Shown in pieces: positions 45,601 to 54,968 of a DNA stretch of 64,000 nt. The translations under genes were made by a program, and so were the position numbers. The notes beneath the pieces were generated by a model, which did not search any database, was not told the DNA's origin, and saw nothing but the letters and a program-made list of their open reading frames with translations. This DNA comes from Mycobacterium phage prophi88-1, in the sequence record MW584166.1; one strand, written 5' to 3'. Each line of letters starts with the position of its first letter. Within the stretch, counting starts at the first letter, position 1.

Positions 45601-48278
45601 GCAATTCGCCGGCACGGATGGGGCCATTCGGCACACCGATCAAGGCACGCAATCCCGGCTACGAGGCCGCCGCGGCGGCGATCCAAGCGCTGGGAGGAGA
45701 CCCGGCGAAGTGGATTGGCGAGGACCCGAGCACCTACCTGCCCCGCGGTATCGGCGGAATCGGTGGTGTGGGTGCGGGCGGATACGCGCAGTACGCGGCG
45801 CTGCTGTCCAAGTTCGCCAAGAGCGGCAACCTGACAGCCGAACTCGTCGGTGCTGGTCTGGACGCCAATGACCCGGTCATCCGGGCGATCACCACCGCAC
45901 GGAACAAGAAACGGGGTGCCCTCGGAGACGACGCTATCGCCGCGCTGGTTGAGCAGATCATCGGCGGCGGCGGCGGATACACCGGCTCCCTGAACTCGAG
46001 TAACAGCGCGCTGATCAGCTCGTTGCAGACGTTCCGTGACAAGCTCGGCAGGACAGCGGTTCCCAACGGCACCGCAATCGCGGCGCTCCCGGCAGGCGGC
46101 GGCCCGAAGGGCTCCAAGTCAGGGCTGCAACCCAACGCGAACCAGCTGTGGGACTTCATCGCCACCAACTTCCCCGAGGTCCGCGAGATAGGGGGAGTGC
46201 GCCAGGACGCTATCTCCGACCACCCGAGCGGCCGCGCATTGGACATCATGGTCGGCCAAAACAAGGAACTGGGCGATCGTATCAATGCGGCGTTGCGCGC
46301 CAACTACATTGCGCTGGGCCTGGACTCAACAATTTGGCGCGACAAGTGGGAAGACTTCAACGGCAACAGCTCCACCGTCGCCGGACATCAGGACCACATC
46401 CACGCCAAGGTCGCCGCCGGCGCGGCCACGGGCATGCCAGGATTGCCGATGCCAGGCGGTGCCCCCGGTCAGGCCGGCATGGGCAGCGGCGTGGTCCCGG
46501 TCTACGTGACCAACTTCGACGGCCAAATGCGCGGCATGGGCGACCAAATGCTTGGTGCGCTGTCGCAGTCGGGTGGACTAGCCGCGTCAAACGTCGCAGG
46601 CGACATGATGAGCGCGGTCGCCGGGCTCGGCCAGGAGCCCTGGAACAAGAAGAACGCCACCTACACCGAGCTCAATCAGCTCGTCAAGGAACGCAACCCG
46701 CTGGCACTTGCCAAGGCCATGGGCCTGAATGTCGAAGACTTCACCCGCGCCGGCGGCGACGCAGGAGAACTCACCACCAACGACGGCAAGGCCTTCGACG
46801 CCAGCGGACGCATGTTCTCCGACACAGGCGCCTTACTTGACCGGACATTCACCAGCGTCAACGCCCAACTGTCCGCCATGCGTGAACAACTCGTCGATGT
46901 CATCGAGCAGACCAACGCCAAACTCAACGAGGAAGCGCTGGAGCCGGTCGTCAAGGCGGGTGTGCAATCGGCCCTGGAGAGCTTGAAGGACAGCGTGAGC
47001 GGCCAGATCGGTACCGCCCTGGGGCAGGCGGCTGCACCACCGATCGCCGATGCGGTCCGCAGCGCGATCCCAGCCGACGGCGGCGGTGGCGGAGCTGCAG
47101 CCGGCATCGGCGGCAACATCGCCGGCGCACTCTTCGCCACCGGCGGCCCAGTGTATGGCGGCATCCCGGGCAAGGATTCCGTTCCGGCGCTGCTCATGCC
47201 GAACGAACACGTGCTCACCACCGACGACGTAGCCCGCATGGGTGGGCATGCTGGTGTCTACGCGTTCCGGGCCGCCCTTGCTCGCCACGGTGGTGTGCGC
47301 GGGTTCGCCACCGGCGGCGGAGTCAACGTCAACGACACGGTAGGCGCGGAATTCTTTGGCGTATCGCAGATCCCGATCCTGGGCGCCATCGTCAACCTGC
47401 TGGTTCGTGTGCTGCTACGGGTGCTGGGTGTCGAGATCGAAGCCCGAGACACCCTCAATGAGATGACCGACGAGTTCCGCCAGTTCCGCGGCGACTTCGA
47501 AGCATTCGATGCCAGCGGACGCCTGATGAACGACACCTCCGCGCTCATCGACCGCTCATCCACCAGCGAGGAAGAAGCAGCACAGGAACGCATCCGGATC
47601 CTCAAGATTGTGATCGAGGCGCTGATCAAATACATCATCGAGAAGGTCATCGTGCCGATCGCGAAAGCCGTTGCCAACGCCGCGATCCAAGCGGGAGCAT
47701 CGGCGGCCGGCGCCGCGGTCAACACCCAAGCACCGGGCGCCGGCGGCATTGTGTCCGCTCTCATCAGCTCAGGCGGGCAGGCGGGCGTGGACATAATCGC
47801 CGAGATCGGCAGCCAGCTCGCCGTCGAGGCGGCAGGGGTGATCATCGACATGCTGGGCGAAGGGCTGCAAAGCTACTTCCCGGACATCGTCAACGCCATC
47901 TTCGGTGGCGGGCTGCTGGAGAACCTGATCGCCGCACCGATCACCGCGGCGCTCGAAATTCCGCTGGCCATCATCGGTGCACTCAGCGGCGGCTTGACAG
48001 GCCTGTTCGCGCCGTTGCTGGCCATCCTGGGTGGCGGATCATTCGATCAGGGCGGCCTCGCGCGCGGTGTCGGCATGATGCCCAAGGCGACGATCCGGCC
48101 AGAGCGCGTCCTATCGCCGCAACAGACCATCCTGTTCGAGCGCATGATCGCCGCCCTGGAACGCAACCCTGGCGGCGCCAGCGGCAACCCCACGTACGTG
48201 ACCGCGCAGATCAACGTCGAGGGCGGCCCACGAGCGGGCGAGAACGTCCGCGCCGGACTGTTGGAGCTGATGAGCTGA
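42684..48278 (+). CDS. tape measure protein with embedded LAS-family (HxxxxxxD...HxH) zinc-peptidase-like motif
   Basis: 1864 aa Gly/Ala-rich; SDHPSGRALDIMV ... GHQDHIHA at about nt 46210-46410. Confidence 0.9.
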   Translation: MTTPVGSIRLDLSIDGSDLDDEITAAVQKHMGPAMARLHAQLDRIEREYVEAARAAEKSSAKQTAAARAVAEAVEDIGDEHTKSAAKARAGESVSTRSINATTRAIQKQTAAWEANAAARIAAAAAPTPAGPPPGGGSRGGGGGGSGGGVRWHGGRGGFLSSPIGLNAISLGVGSLPAATTAVVNLTGALQQLVQVGFVVPGVIGGMVSSIGTAVLGFHGLSDAVKASWEAAKSGDPKDIKKAAEAMQGLAPAVQGVVKAIVSARPQLEHLQRDIVAQNMFEGVDQSITELTDKSIPTLEKGLGGIAKAWNATFKELGRVGGLDSSQSILDKLFGNTADAQNRANAAIEPLIHGFGTLTAEGSDFLPRIADGLTAVTKRFDNWITRSVENGNLDKWITEGIEGADHLGNTLLNIGKIIASITKAAGGDGGLLSALDGGSGALADFLASDKGQEKLIKFFTEGREQIKQWMPILGNVASLLGDVYDGMKQWTAVLLPILKMVTDLLNSMPGGISGVVTAFLAWRTISGITSVLSGINSIGSALDGLPGKAGTAAGGINKALAGLGIGAAAFQIGGGLINSDSGLAQAGGFAANIGGGALAGGLMGGPWGAALGAMIGAGVSLFELSRKRLEEGKAEWDKSWQEHHDNPPPPVISPSGIDLKTMLPVDRGPSLSQGMLAQIQAGKLPGYSIGPNGAVIGPDGQPLPGLNLGGVTPYTPSFPLPTLPPPAPPPQKQPTTFLPIPGATGQNVPAPQGTNLGQLIGAGALPEVQANVQKLASDIQALPEGEVKIKDPSPEVMKNLESLDVQITKVSENEIQVKANTSAAQAQIEAFILKYKQQTITMMIQAQGMTPAVPPGRADGGVLPGWSPGVDNMLVPMSGGEGVLIPEAVRGLGGAAAIYAINSRFRSGLSRRGYADGGVVGAVAGIPGVDDNTELGVLRQIRDLLAGKGGGPLPATSDAIKSIASDGVASATGNSPARMGPFGTPIKARNPGYEAAAAAIQALGGDPAKWIGEDPSTYLPRGIGGIGGVGAGGYAQYAALLSKFAKSGNLTAELVGAGLDANDPVIRAITTARNKKRGALGDDAIAALVEQIIGGGGGYTGSLNSSNSALISSLQTFRDKLGRTAVPNGTAIAALPAGGGPKGSKSGLQPNANQLWDFIATNFPEVREIGGVRQDAISDHPSGRALDIMVGQNKELGDRINAALRANYIALGLDSTIWRDKWEDFNGNSSTVAGHQDHIHAKVAAGAATGMPGLPMPGGAPGQAGMGSGVVPVYVTNFDGQMRGMGDQMLGALSQSGGLAASNVAGDMMSAVAGLGQEPWNKKNATYTELNQLVKERNPLALAKAMGLNVEDFTRAGGDAGELTTNDGKAFDASGRMFSDTGALLDRTFTSVNAQLSAMREQLVDVIEQTNAKLNEEALEPVVKAGVQSALESLKDSVSGQIGTALGQAAAPPIADAVRSAIPADGGGGGAAAGIGGNIAGALFATGGPVYGGIPGKDSVPALLMPNEHVLTTDDVARMGGHAGVYAFRAALARHGGVRGFATGGGVNVNDTVGAEFFGVSQIPILGAIVNLLVRVLLRVLGVEIEARDTLNEMTDEFRQFRGDFEAFDASGRLMNDTSALIDRSSTSEEEAAQERIRILKIVIEALIKYIIEKVIVPIAKAVANAAIQAGASAAGAAVNTQAPGAGGIVSALISSGGQAGVDIIAEIGSQLAVEAAGVIIDMLGEGLQSYFPDIVNAIFGGGLLENLIAAPITAALEIPLAIIGALSGGLTGLFAPLLAILGGGSFDQGGLARGVGMMPKATIRPERVLSPQQTILFERMIAALERNPGGASGNPTYVTAQINVEGGPRAGENVRAGLLELMS

Positions 48279-49714
48279 TGGCCTACCGCGGATACTTCAC
48301 CCTCAACGGCGTGGAGATCGCCAACAGCTCCAGGGTGATCGCGCACCTGGGCCAGGATGTGCCAACCAGCGACATCGGTGTCTTTGGCGACGATCCGAGC
48401 ACCGACTGCGCGCTCATCGAATCCACCGAATTTCCGGGGTTCTACGAAATCCCCGACAGCTCCACCGAAGTGAGCCCCGGCCTGCTCACGCCGCCCAACG
48501 GTGCCCGCCGGCTGGGGCCCGGCCTGTTTGAGATCAACGGCACGTGCTGGGGTCCGATCGCGTTCTGCGGCTCGTGCTCCACAATCGTCACCTACGATGA
48601 TTCGTGGCCAGGTCTTCGGGAATTCCTGGGCGACAACAACTATCGACCCGAGCTGGCACCGTGGTACAGCACCGAACTGCCCGAATCCACAGAGTTCGGC
48701 GGCGTATGGGTGATGAAAATCGACGGCCTGGGAGCAACACCGGTAGAACGGCCCATCACCCAGATGACCGGATCAGGGGCCGCGGCCGGCCCGCATAGAG
48801 ACCTGTCACGCACCCTCACGTTCGAGGCGCTGATGATCGCCTGCACTCACGCTGGCGTCGAGTTCGGCATGGACTGGTTGTCCTGCATCCTGCGGGACAC
48901 CACCGACGACAACACCAGCGTTCTGCGTTATCTTGCTGCCAGCCCAGCGCATTCGGGCGTCGATCCGGCATCGTTGGTGCGTGAGGTGCATGGCGTTGTC
49001 TTGACCAAAGAGCCGCGGATCATCTCCGAATACAACACCCAGGCCGGCCAGCATCACCAAGCCAACCTGTATCGCATCAGCTGGGAAATGACGGTGCTCT
49101 CGCCCTACGCCTACCTGCCGCAGGTAAGGGTGCCGGTCGACTGGGACGAGATCACCAGGCAGCCGGTCAACTGGGTTCACGCTGCCGACTGCGAAAAGCC
49201 CTCCACCTGTTCGGACATGCCGGTGCTGTTCTCCGCTGACTGCGTGCCCGAGGAGATCGCGATCCTGGACACTCCGCCGCCGGTGTGCGGCGGGTGCCTG
49301 CCGGTCGGCGAGATCGACAAGTACAGCTTCCGTATCCCCACCATGGATTACGCGTTCCGTTGCCGGGACACCGCGGTCAGTATCGCGATCCGTAACCTCG
49401 GCGGGACGCCGTTGACACTGCAAGCGTTTCTGCGGGTGTGCGGCACCGATGTGCGCTGCGAAGACAACCGATTCCCGCTGCAGGTATCGGGTCTGCCACC
49501 ACTGACAGAGCTGGTCCTCGACGGCATCTCGGGGCGCTACTGGGCCATCTATGACGACCGCAAGCACCGCGCCGTTGGGATCGTCGGCACCCCCAACGGC
49601 GCGCCCTGGCGACCACCACGTATCGACCGCGAAACATGCTGGGATTTCATCGTTCAAACAGCTAGCACCTCGCAATTCGAGGTCACCATGACACTCACCG
49701 ATCGGGAGCCGTGA
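48278..49714 (+). CDS. minor tail protein (distal-tail Dit-like position)
   Basis: 478 aa immediately after TMP. Confidence 0.55.
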   Translation: MAYRGYFTLNGVEIANSSRVIAHLGQDVPTSDIGVFGDDPSTDCALIESTEFPGFYEIPDSSTEVSPGLLTPPNGARRLGPGLFEINGTCWGPIAFCGSCSTIVTYDDSWPGLREFLGDNNYRPELAPWYSTELPESTEFGGVWVMKIDGLGATPVERPITQMTGSGAAAGPHRDLSRTLTFEALMIACTHAGVEFGMDWLSCILRDTTDDNTSVLRYLAASPAHSGVDPASLVREVHGVVLTKEPRIISEYNTQAGQHHQANLYRISWEMTVLSPYAYLPQVRVPVDWDEITRQPVNWVHAADCEKPSTCSDMPVLFSADCVPEEIAILDTPPPVCGGCLPVGEIDKYSFRIPTMDYAFRCRDTAVSIAIRNLGGTPLTLQAFLRVCGTDVRCEDNRFPLQVSGLPPLTELVLDGISGRYWAIYDDRKHRAVGIVGTPNGAPWRPPRIDRETCWDFIVQTASTSQFEVTMTLTDREP

Positions 49715-49717
49715 GCC

Positions 49718-50755
49718 GTGCCGGTCATCAGCTCTGAACAGATCGTGTCGCTGCGCACCGCCAGCGGCAAGCAACTCGACCAATTCCTGGCCACGCATCA
49801 GGAGTCGTTGAAATGGACCCGCGAGCAGCGACAAGTATCGGTGCTGGAAATGACCGTGCCGAGCGTGATCGACGCCGACCGCATGGACATCACACCGTGG
49901 CTGCATTGGATCGACGTGTTCGATGATCAGGGCCGCGAGCTGTACTGGTCAGGACCCATCCAGCGGGTCTCAGCTAGCCGCTCACGAACCTCCATTTCCG
50001 CGCGGGATATGTCGGCGTTGATGACCCGCACCCGCTGCCCGCTGACGAAAAACTGGGATGCCGCCGACACCTCGAAGATCGCGGGCGAGCTGTGGGCCGC
50101 GATGATCGCCCACCACGGACTGAACACTCGAGCCATCGAACGCGTGGACCCGCGCGGCGACCACTTCGATTTCGAGGCTATCGCCGACGAGCAGATGATG
50201 AGTGCGACGTTCGATCGGCTCGTCGGGCTGGGGCTGCACTGGACAGTCGTGGGCGGTGTGCCCATCCTGGGCCCGGCCCAGCTCAAATCGATTGTGGCGC
50301 TCGGCGAAAACGACTTCACGGGCGGGGAGTTCTCGATCGTGCGTGATGGCAGCCAGACCTACAACGATGTCCTACTGCGCGGCGGCGACAACCTGGCTCG
50401 CGCCAGCGTGCCGATGGGCGGTCTGCGGTTGCAGACGATCAACAACATCGACGACATGTTCGGTGTTTCCAACGTCGACCGCGCAGCCAAGCAATACGTG
50501 CGCTACACCGGGGCCATCAAAGACACCTTGGTGCTCTCTGACGGTGCCGTGCTGCATCCTGATGCTCCGCTAGACATTTCGCAGCTGATCCCGTCAGTAC
50601 GTTTCAACGTCGAAGCACTGGGGGTGCTGCAACTGATGGAACTGCAGAACGTCACAGTCACCGGTGACGGAGCCGTGGCGCTCACGCTGGCTTCGGTCAA
50701 CGACGACCTACCGGAACTGGTGGAGATCGCCCAGAAAGGGGCGGTGACACAGTGA
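49718..50755 (+). CDS. minor tail protein
   Basis: 345 aa. Confidence 0.5.
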   Translation: MPVISSEQIVSLRTASGKQLDQFLATHQESLKWTREQRQVSVLEMTVPSVIDADRMDITPWLHWIDVFDDQGRELYWSGPIQRVSASRSRTSISARDMSALMTRTRCPLTKNWDAADTSKIAGELWAAMIAHHGLNTRAIERVDPRGDHFDFEAIADEQMMSATFDRLVGLGLHWTVVGGVPILGPAQLKSIVALGENDFTGGEFSIVRDGSQTYNDVLLRGGDNLARASVPMGGLRLQTINNIDDMFGVSNVDRAAKQYVRYTGAIKDTLVLSDGAVLHPDAPLDISQLIPSVRFNVEALGVLQLMELQNVTVTGDGAVALTLASVNDDLPELVEIAQKGAVTQ

Positions 50756-53118
50756 GCCGAGTTCCAGGCCAGGCGCCGCGCACCGACCAGGAGTGGACAC
50801 GCGAGGTGGCGCAGCGGCTCTCAGCACTCGAAAATCCGCGAACAATCCGGGTGGGGAAGTGGGTTCTGTCCGCGGTCGCCGGCCGACTCATGGCGACCAG
50901 CCCAGGTGAAGTGCTTGAGGTTGGGCAGGAACCGACGCCCGTTGCGGTTGATTTGAGCCAGCGCGGCAGCCAGGTTTCTGAGCAGGAGATCGCCGAGGCC
51001 GTCACGGGCGGCAACGGTAAGACGTTCACCTCGATCACCGACTGGTTGACGGCGAAGTGGTCGGAGCTCTCGAGTACGACGACGAATGCGAACACCGGCC
51101 TCGGGAACTGGACGTCATGGCTCACCGGGGGTTCGTGGGCCACCGTCGGTGCCGCGGTGTCAGATTTCTTGAGCACCAAGAGCACCGCGGCGACAGCGGG
51201 GACCAATGCGGCTACGGGGCTGGGCAATTGGACGTCCTGGTTGTCCGGTGGTTCGTGGGCGAGCATTGCGGCGTCCGTTGCTGATTTCCTGGGAACGAAA
51301 TCAACGGCCAACACCGCGGGCACCAACGCCGCAACCGCGATGGCCGACGCCAGCGCCGCCTCCACCGCGGCGGCAGCAGCGCAGAGCAACGCGCAGGGCG
51401 CCATCGATGCCGGCATCAACGCCATCCGCAACACCCCGGGCGTCGTGGGTCAGGCAGTGGAGGGCTTCGCCGACGCGCTGGCGTCGATCCCGACCCAGCT
51501 GTTCAATCAGTTCGGCGGCAACAATGTGCCCCGGGCATCCCAGGAGCAGGCTAACGCGGCGATGGCCGCGCTGGTCAACACGGTCAATTCCCAAGGCGCG
51601 GCGATCAATGCGCTGCAAAACATCCTCTCCGATGTCGGCGGATTCAGTGCCTCGATCACGTTCCGCCCGGCGGAAACCACCGTATTCACCGGTCCGGGCA
51701 CCGCGCCGTGGACACCGCCGGCATGGGCGGCAGGTGGGTACGGCGAGTATGTGATCGCGCCGGCCGCCGGTGGTGGCGGTGCCGGTGAAGGCGGCTCGGG
51801 AGCATTCGGTGTCGGCGGCTACCCGGGCGCGTGGGCCACCGGCACCTTCCCGTTGGAGGCGGGCGCCTATTCGATCTTCGCCGGGGGCGGCGGTCTGGGC
51901 GGGCAAGACGAGGGCCTGGGCTTCGGCGATAACGGCAGCGCTGGTGATACCTCGACGATCACCAGCCCCACCGGCACACCGGTGGCCTCGGCGTCGGGCG
52001 GCGCAGGCGGTGAGGGGGCGCGGCGCGGCGGCAGCGGGCAGAACGGGAAAACCATCAGCCCCCAAACCTTGTCGGCGTTCGGGGAGGCCTTCACCGCCGG
52101 ATCCGGGGGTACCGGCAACGCAGGCACCGGCGGGGTGGCAGGTGGCGGTGCGGGCGGTAACGGTGGCCTGTTCGGCAACTACACCAAGGGCGGCACCGGC
52201 GGGCCGGCCAAGATCTGGATGCGAGCCCGCGCACCAATCCCGACCCAGTTCACCGCCATGGGCACCCTGATCTTGCCCACGCTCAAACTCAACACCGGGG
52301 CCGCCCAAACCGATTCGATGACCGCGGCCGGGCAGTGGCGCACCATCGCGCCCGGCGGGGCCGCTGGCGGCTACATGCTGATCATCCGCGCCAACGCCTC
52401 GTTCACCGATTACGTCTATCTGCGGATCTGGGATGTCTCCGGTGTCACCCACTACGAGCTGGGCCGCGTGGCTTCCGGGGTCAAGTCCGCATGGAAAACC
52501 GGCACGGTCGGGGCCGCGATCCCGTTCAACGCCTTCACCTTGACCTCCGATACCGCCCGCACCTTCACCGTCGGGGTCAACGGGACCGCGTTCGACTCCT
52601 ACAACGACTCGGGTGCCACCTCCCTGATGGGCGCGGCCTACCGCAGCGGCGGCTGGGCATCCTCGGACCCGGCCCTGCCCGGCTCGATGTCACAGTTCGC
52701 GTTCCTGGACACCGGCACCCCCGCCCGCATCGTCTCAGGCACCATCGCGACCGCCCAAGGCACCAACAGCACCGCCGCCTACGTGGACCTGGCCACCCCC
52801 GGGCCCTCGGTCACCCTGAACGTGCCCGCCAGTGGCGAGGTCACTATCGATGTGTCGGCGGCCTACTCCTCCGGCGGGGCCGCCGCACAAACCGGCTACA
52901 TGGGCTGTGCGCTCTCGGGCGCCAACACCCGCGCCGCAACCGATGCCACCGCCGCCTACGGGCGCACCGTCACCGCCGGACTGTTCGGCACCGTGGCGCG
53001 CCGCATCCACCTCACCGGCCTGACCCCGGGCACCACCACGTTCAAAGCCGTCTACAAAACCAGCACCAGCACCGCCACCTTCTCCGACCGCCACATCATC
53101 GTCGAACCCAAACCCTAA
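50752..53118 (+). CDS. glycine-rich minor tail protein with tandem 45-aa repeat
   Basis: 788 aa; TGLGNWTSWL(T/S)GGSWA...DFL.TKSTA repeated twice; long GGxGG tracts typical of mycobacteriophage minor tail proteins. Confidence 0.65.
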   Translation: MSRVPGQAPRTDQEWTREVAQRLSALENPRTIRVGKWVLSAVAGRLMATSPGEVLEVGQEPTPVAVDLSQRGSQVSEQEIAEAVTGGNGKTFTSITDWLTAKWSELSSTTTNANTGLGNWTSWLTGGSWATVGAAVSDFLSTKSTAATAGTNAATGLGNWTSWLSGGSWASIAASVADFLGTKSTANTAGTNAATAMADASAASTAAAAAQSNAQGAIDAGINAIRNTPGVVGQAVEGFADALASIPTQLFNQFGGNNVPRASQEQANAAMAALVNTVNSQGAAINALQNILSDVGGFSASITFRPAETTVFTGPGTAPWTPPAWAAGGYGEYVIAPAAGGGGAGEGGSGAFGVGGYPGAWATGTFPLEAGAYSIFAGGGGLGGQDEGLGFGDNGSAGDTSTITSPTGTPVASASGGAGGEGARRGGSGQNGKTISPQTLSAFGEAFTAGSGGTGNAGTGGVAGGGAGGNGGLFGNYTKGGTGGPAKIWMRARAPIPTQFTAMGTLILPTLKLNTGAAQTDSMTAAGQWRTIAPGGAAGGYMLIIRANASFTDYVYLRIWDVSGVTHYELGRVASGVKSAWKTGTVGAAIPFNAFTLTSDTARTFTVGVNGTAFDSYNDSGATSLMGAAYRSGGWASSDPALPGSMSQFAFLDTGTPARIVSGTIATAQGTNSTAAYVDLATPGPSVTLNVPASGEVTIDVSAAYSSGGAAAQTGYMGCALSGANTRAATDATAAYGRTVTAGLFGTVARRIHLTGLTPGTTTFKAVYKTSTSTATFSDRHIIVEPKP

Positions 53119-53148
53119 AGACCGCACCGCGAAAGGCACAGAGAAATC

Positions 53149-53460
53149 ATGGGATTCACCAACGCGACACCGCTGCAACAGACCACCTACCAGGCCATGT
53201 ACTTCGACGGCACACCGCAGAGCGCCGCGCAGACCTTGATGATGATCGACTCGCTGTTGACCGCCCGCAAGCTGCACTACGGCATCATCCACGGTTCCCA
53301 AGAAGTCGAAAACCCCACCGCGTGGCGTATCCAACTCGCGCGCCGCGACGGCTCAGCCGAACTCATCGCCCTCGCCGACCGCTGGATCGTCGTTTCCTCG
53401 ACCGGCCAAGTCCGAGTACTCACCCCGGGCGACTACCGCGCCGAATTCGCCGTTGAGTGA
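53149..53460 (+). CDS. hypothetical protein
   Basis: 103 aa. Confidence 0.45.
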   Translation: MGFTNATPLQQTTYQAMYFDGTPQSAAQTLMMIDSLLTARKLHYGIIHGSQEVENPTAWRIQLARRDGSAELIALADRWIVVSSTGQVRVLTPGDYRAEFAVE

Positions 53461-53720
53461 CCGGCGCCGGCACCGCTGCTCGCTACCCTGCCGCCATGGA
53501 CGGATACCTGCGCGGTTCGGTGAAGACCCACCCGGACTATCCCGAGAACCCGACCATCGCGCTGCGCAGCGTGTTTGACGACGACGACGCCACCGGCTGC
53601 AACTCGTGGCTGGTCGTCTCGGCGAGTTCTGGGGCGCTCTATCGCACGGAGTCGTTCGTCGCCGACTGGCCCGACGCAGACGGGCTGACGTTGACGACCA
53701 CGCTCACCCCGGCTCCGTAG
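53457..53720 (+). CDS. hypothetical protein
   Basis: 87 aa. Confidence 0.4.
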   Translation: MTGAGTAARYPAAMDGYLRGSVKTHPDYPENPTIALRSVFDDDDATGCNSWLVVSASSGALYRTESFVADWPDADGLTLTTTLTPAP

Positions 53721-53730
53721 CCTCACGGTC

Positions 53731-54372
53731 GTGCCGATCACGGAGTACACCGAGCCGAACGTCTGCATCGGGGAGAACCTCACCACCGATGCGGCCGGTC
53801 AGCTGCGGCTCCAACCGTGGGCGCTGGTACGCCCTGTGGTCGACATCCGGGCACTCTCGGGCGGTGACGGTTCGATCATCGCGCCGCTGATCGCGCTGCC
53901 AGGCAAGCTGCTGATCGACCAGAAAGCGTCCTGGCGCAACGATTCCCCGCTGCCGCAGATGGTGCTGATCCGCGTCACGCGTGGGCCGCGGTCATGGCTC
54001 ACCTCGAATCCGAACGCTATCCAATTCCGCGACCGGTGGACTACTGCGATCGACACGGATGCCGCGATGCCGGTGACCACCGGCATCTACAACTCCCAGT
54101 GCGGATCGGCCTGGGACTTGGGAACGAACAGCGTCGCCGAGCCCAACCCTGGACGGCAGTGGCGATGGGCCGACGCCAACAGCATGGACGAATGGGTGGG
54201 CCCGATCGATCCAGGGGCCACGCTCAACCTCTGGTACCGCTGCTATGTGTGGACCCCGCCGCCGTGGTCGAACAACGCGAACAAGAATCAGCCGCAGCAC
54301 GAGGCCCGCGCGAACTGGACGCGCATTGAAATGCGGGCCTTCCCGCAGCAGGGAAATGTGGTGACCGGATGA
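53731..54372 (+). CDS. minor tail protein
   Basis: 213 aa. Confidence 0.45.
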   Translation: MPITEYTEPNVCIGENLTTDAAGQLRLQPWALVRPVVDIRALSGGDGSIIAPLIALPGKLLIDQKASWRNDSPLPQMVLIRVTRGPRSWLTSNPNAIQFRDRWTTAIDTDAAMPVTTGIYNSQCGSAWDLGTNSVAEPNPGRQWRWADANSMDEWVGPIDPGATLNLWYRCYVWTPPPWSNNANKNQPQHEARANWTRIEMRAFPQQGNVVTG

Positions 54373-54968
54373 GCGTCAAGGTGTGCACCTCGGAGTACAT
54401 GCTCTCCACCGTCAACGGGCTCGACATGAGGCGAAACTGGTTCCCCAGCATCGTCGCTGAGCGATTCCTGCAGTCCAAGAAGGACGGGCAGATCAGCCGA
54501 TCACCCGACCCGGTGACGATGATCGATGGTGATCTCACCTACTTCAACAACACCCCAGACCCGGTGTACATCACCGTGCAAGTCATCCGGGCTCCCCGCA
54601 GCATCGTTGCCCAAAACCCGGGCACCGTAGTGATTCACGACGCCTGGTCCTGGGCTGTCGGCAAGTCGCCCACAGCTGACTTTCCCTCGGTAATCCAGGA
54701 CTCATTCGGCGGCAGGGGACAGGTGGACCGACCCGAAAACGCCGCGGACAAGCTGCTGTTCGGACGGTTCTTCGCTGACGGAGACAGCTCCCAAGCCTGG
54801 GTCAACGTCGGCCAACTCGACGCGCAGGATTCCTTGCACTTTCGATACCTGGCCGCTGTCCAAACCCCAGGCGTATGGACCACCCCTTCAGAGTTCGAGC
54901 CGCGCTGGGAAGCACAAGCCCGCTGGACTCGACTGCTGGCGTTCGCGATGCCGGTTGGTTCGGCATGA
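54369..54968 (+). CDS. minor tail protein
   Basis: 199 aa. Confidence 0.45.
   Translation: MSVKVCTSEYMLSTVNGLDMRRNWFPSIVAERFLQSKKDGQISRSPDPVTMIDGDLTYFNNTPDPVYITVQVIRAPRSIVAQNPGTVVIHDAWSWAVGKSPTADFPSVIQDSFGGRGQVDRPENAADKLLFGRFFADGDSSQAWVNVGQLDAQDSLHFRYLAAVQTPGVWTTPSEFEPRWEAQARWTRLLAFAMPVGSA

Noticed and set aside
42684-48278. 1864-aa Gly-rich protein as a possible secreted toxin or PE/PPE-like protein
   Set aside because: Position after the chaperone frameshift pair and before minor tail genes, plus length and composition, fit a tape measure protein
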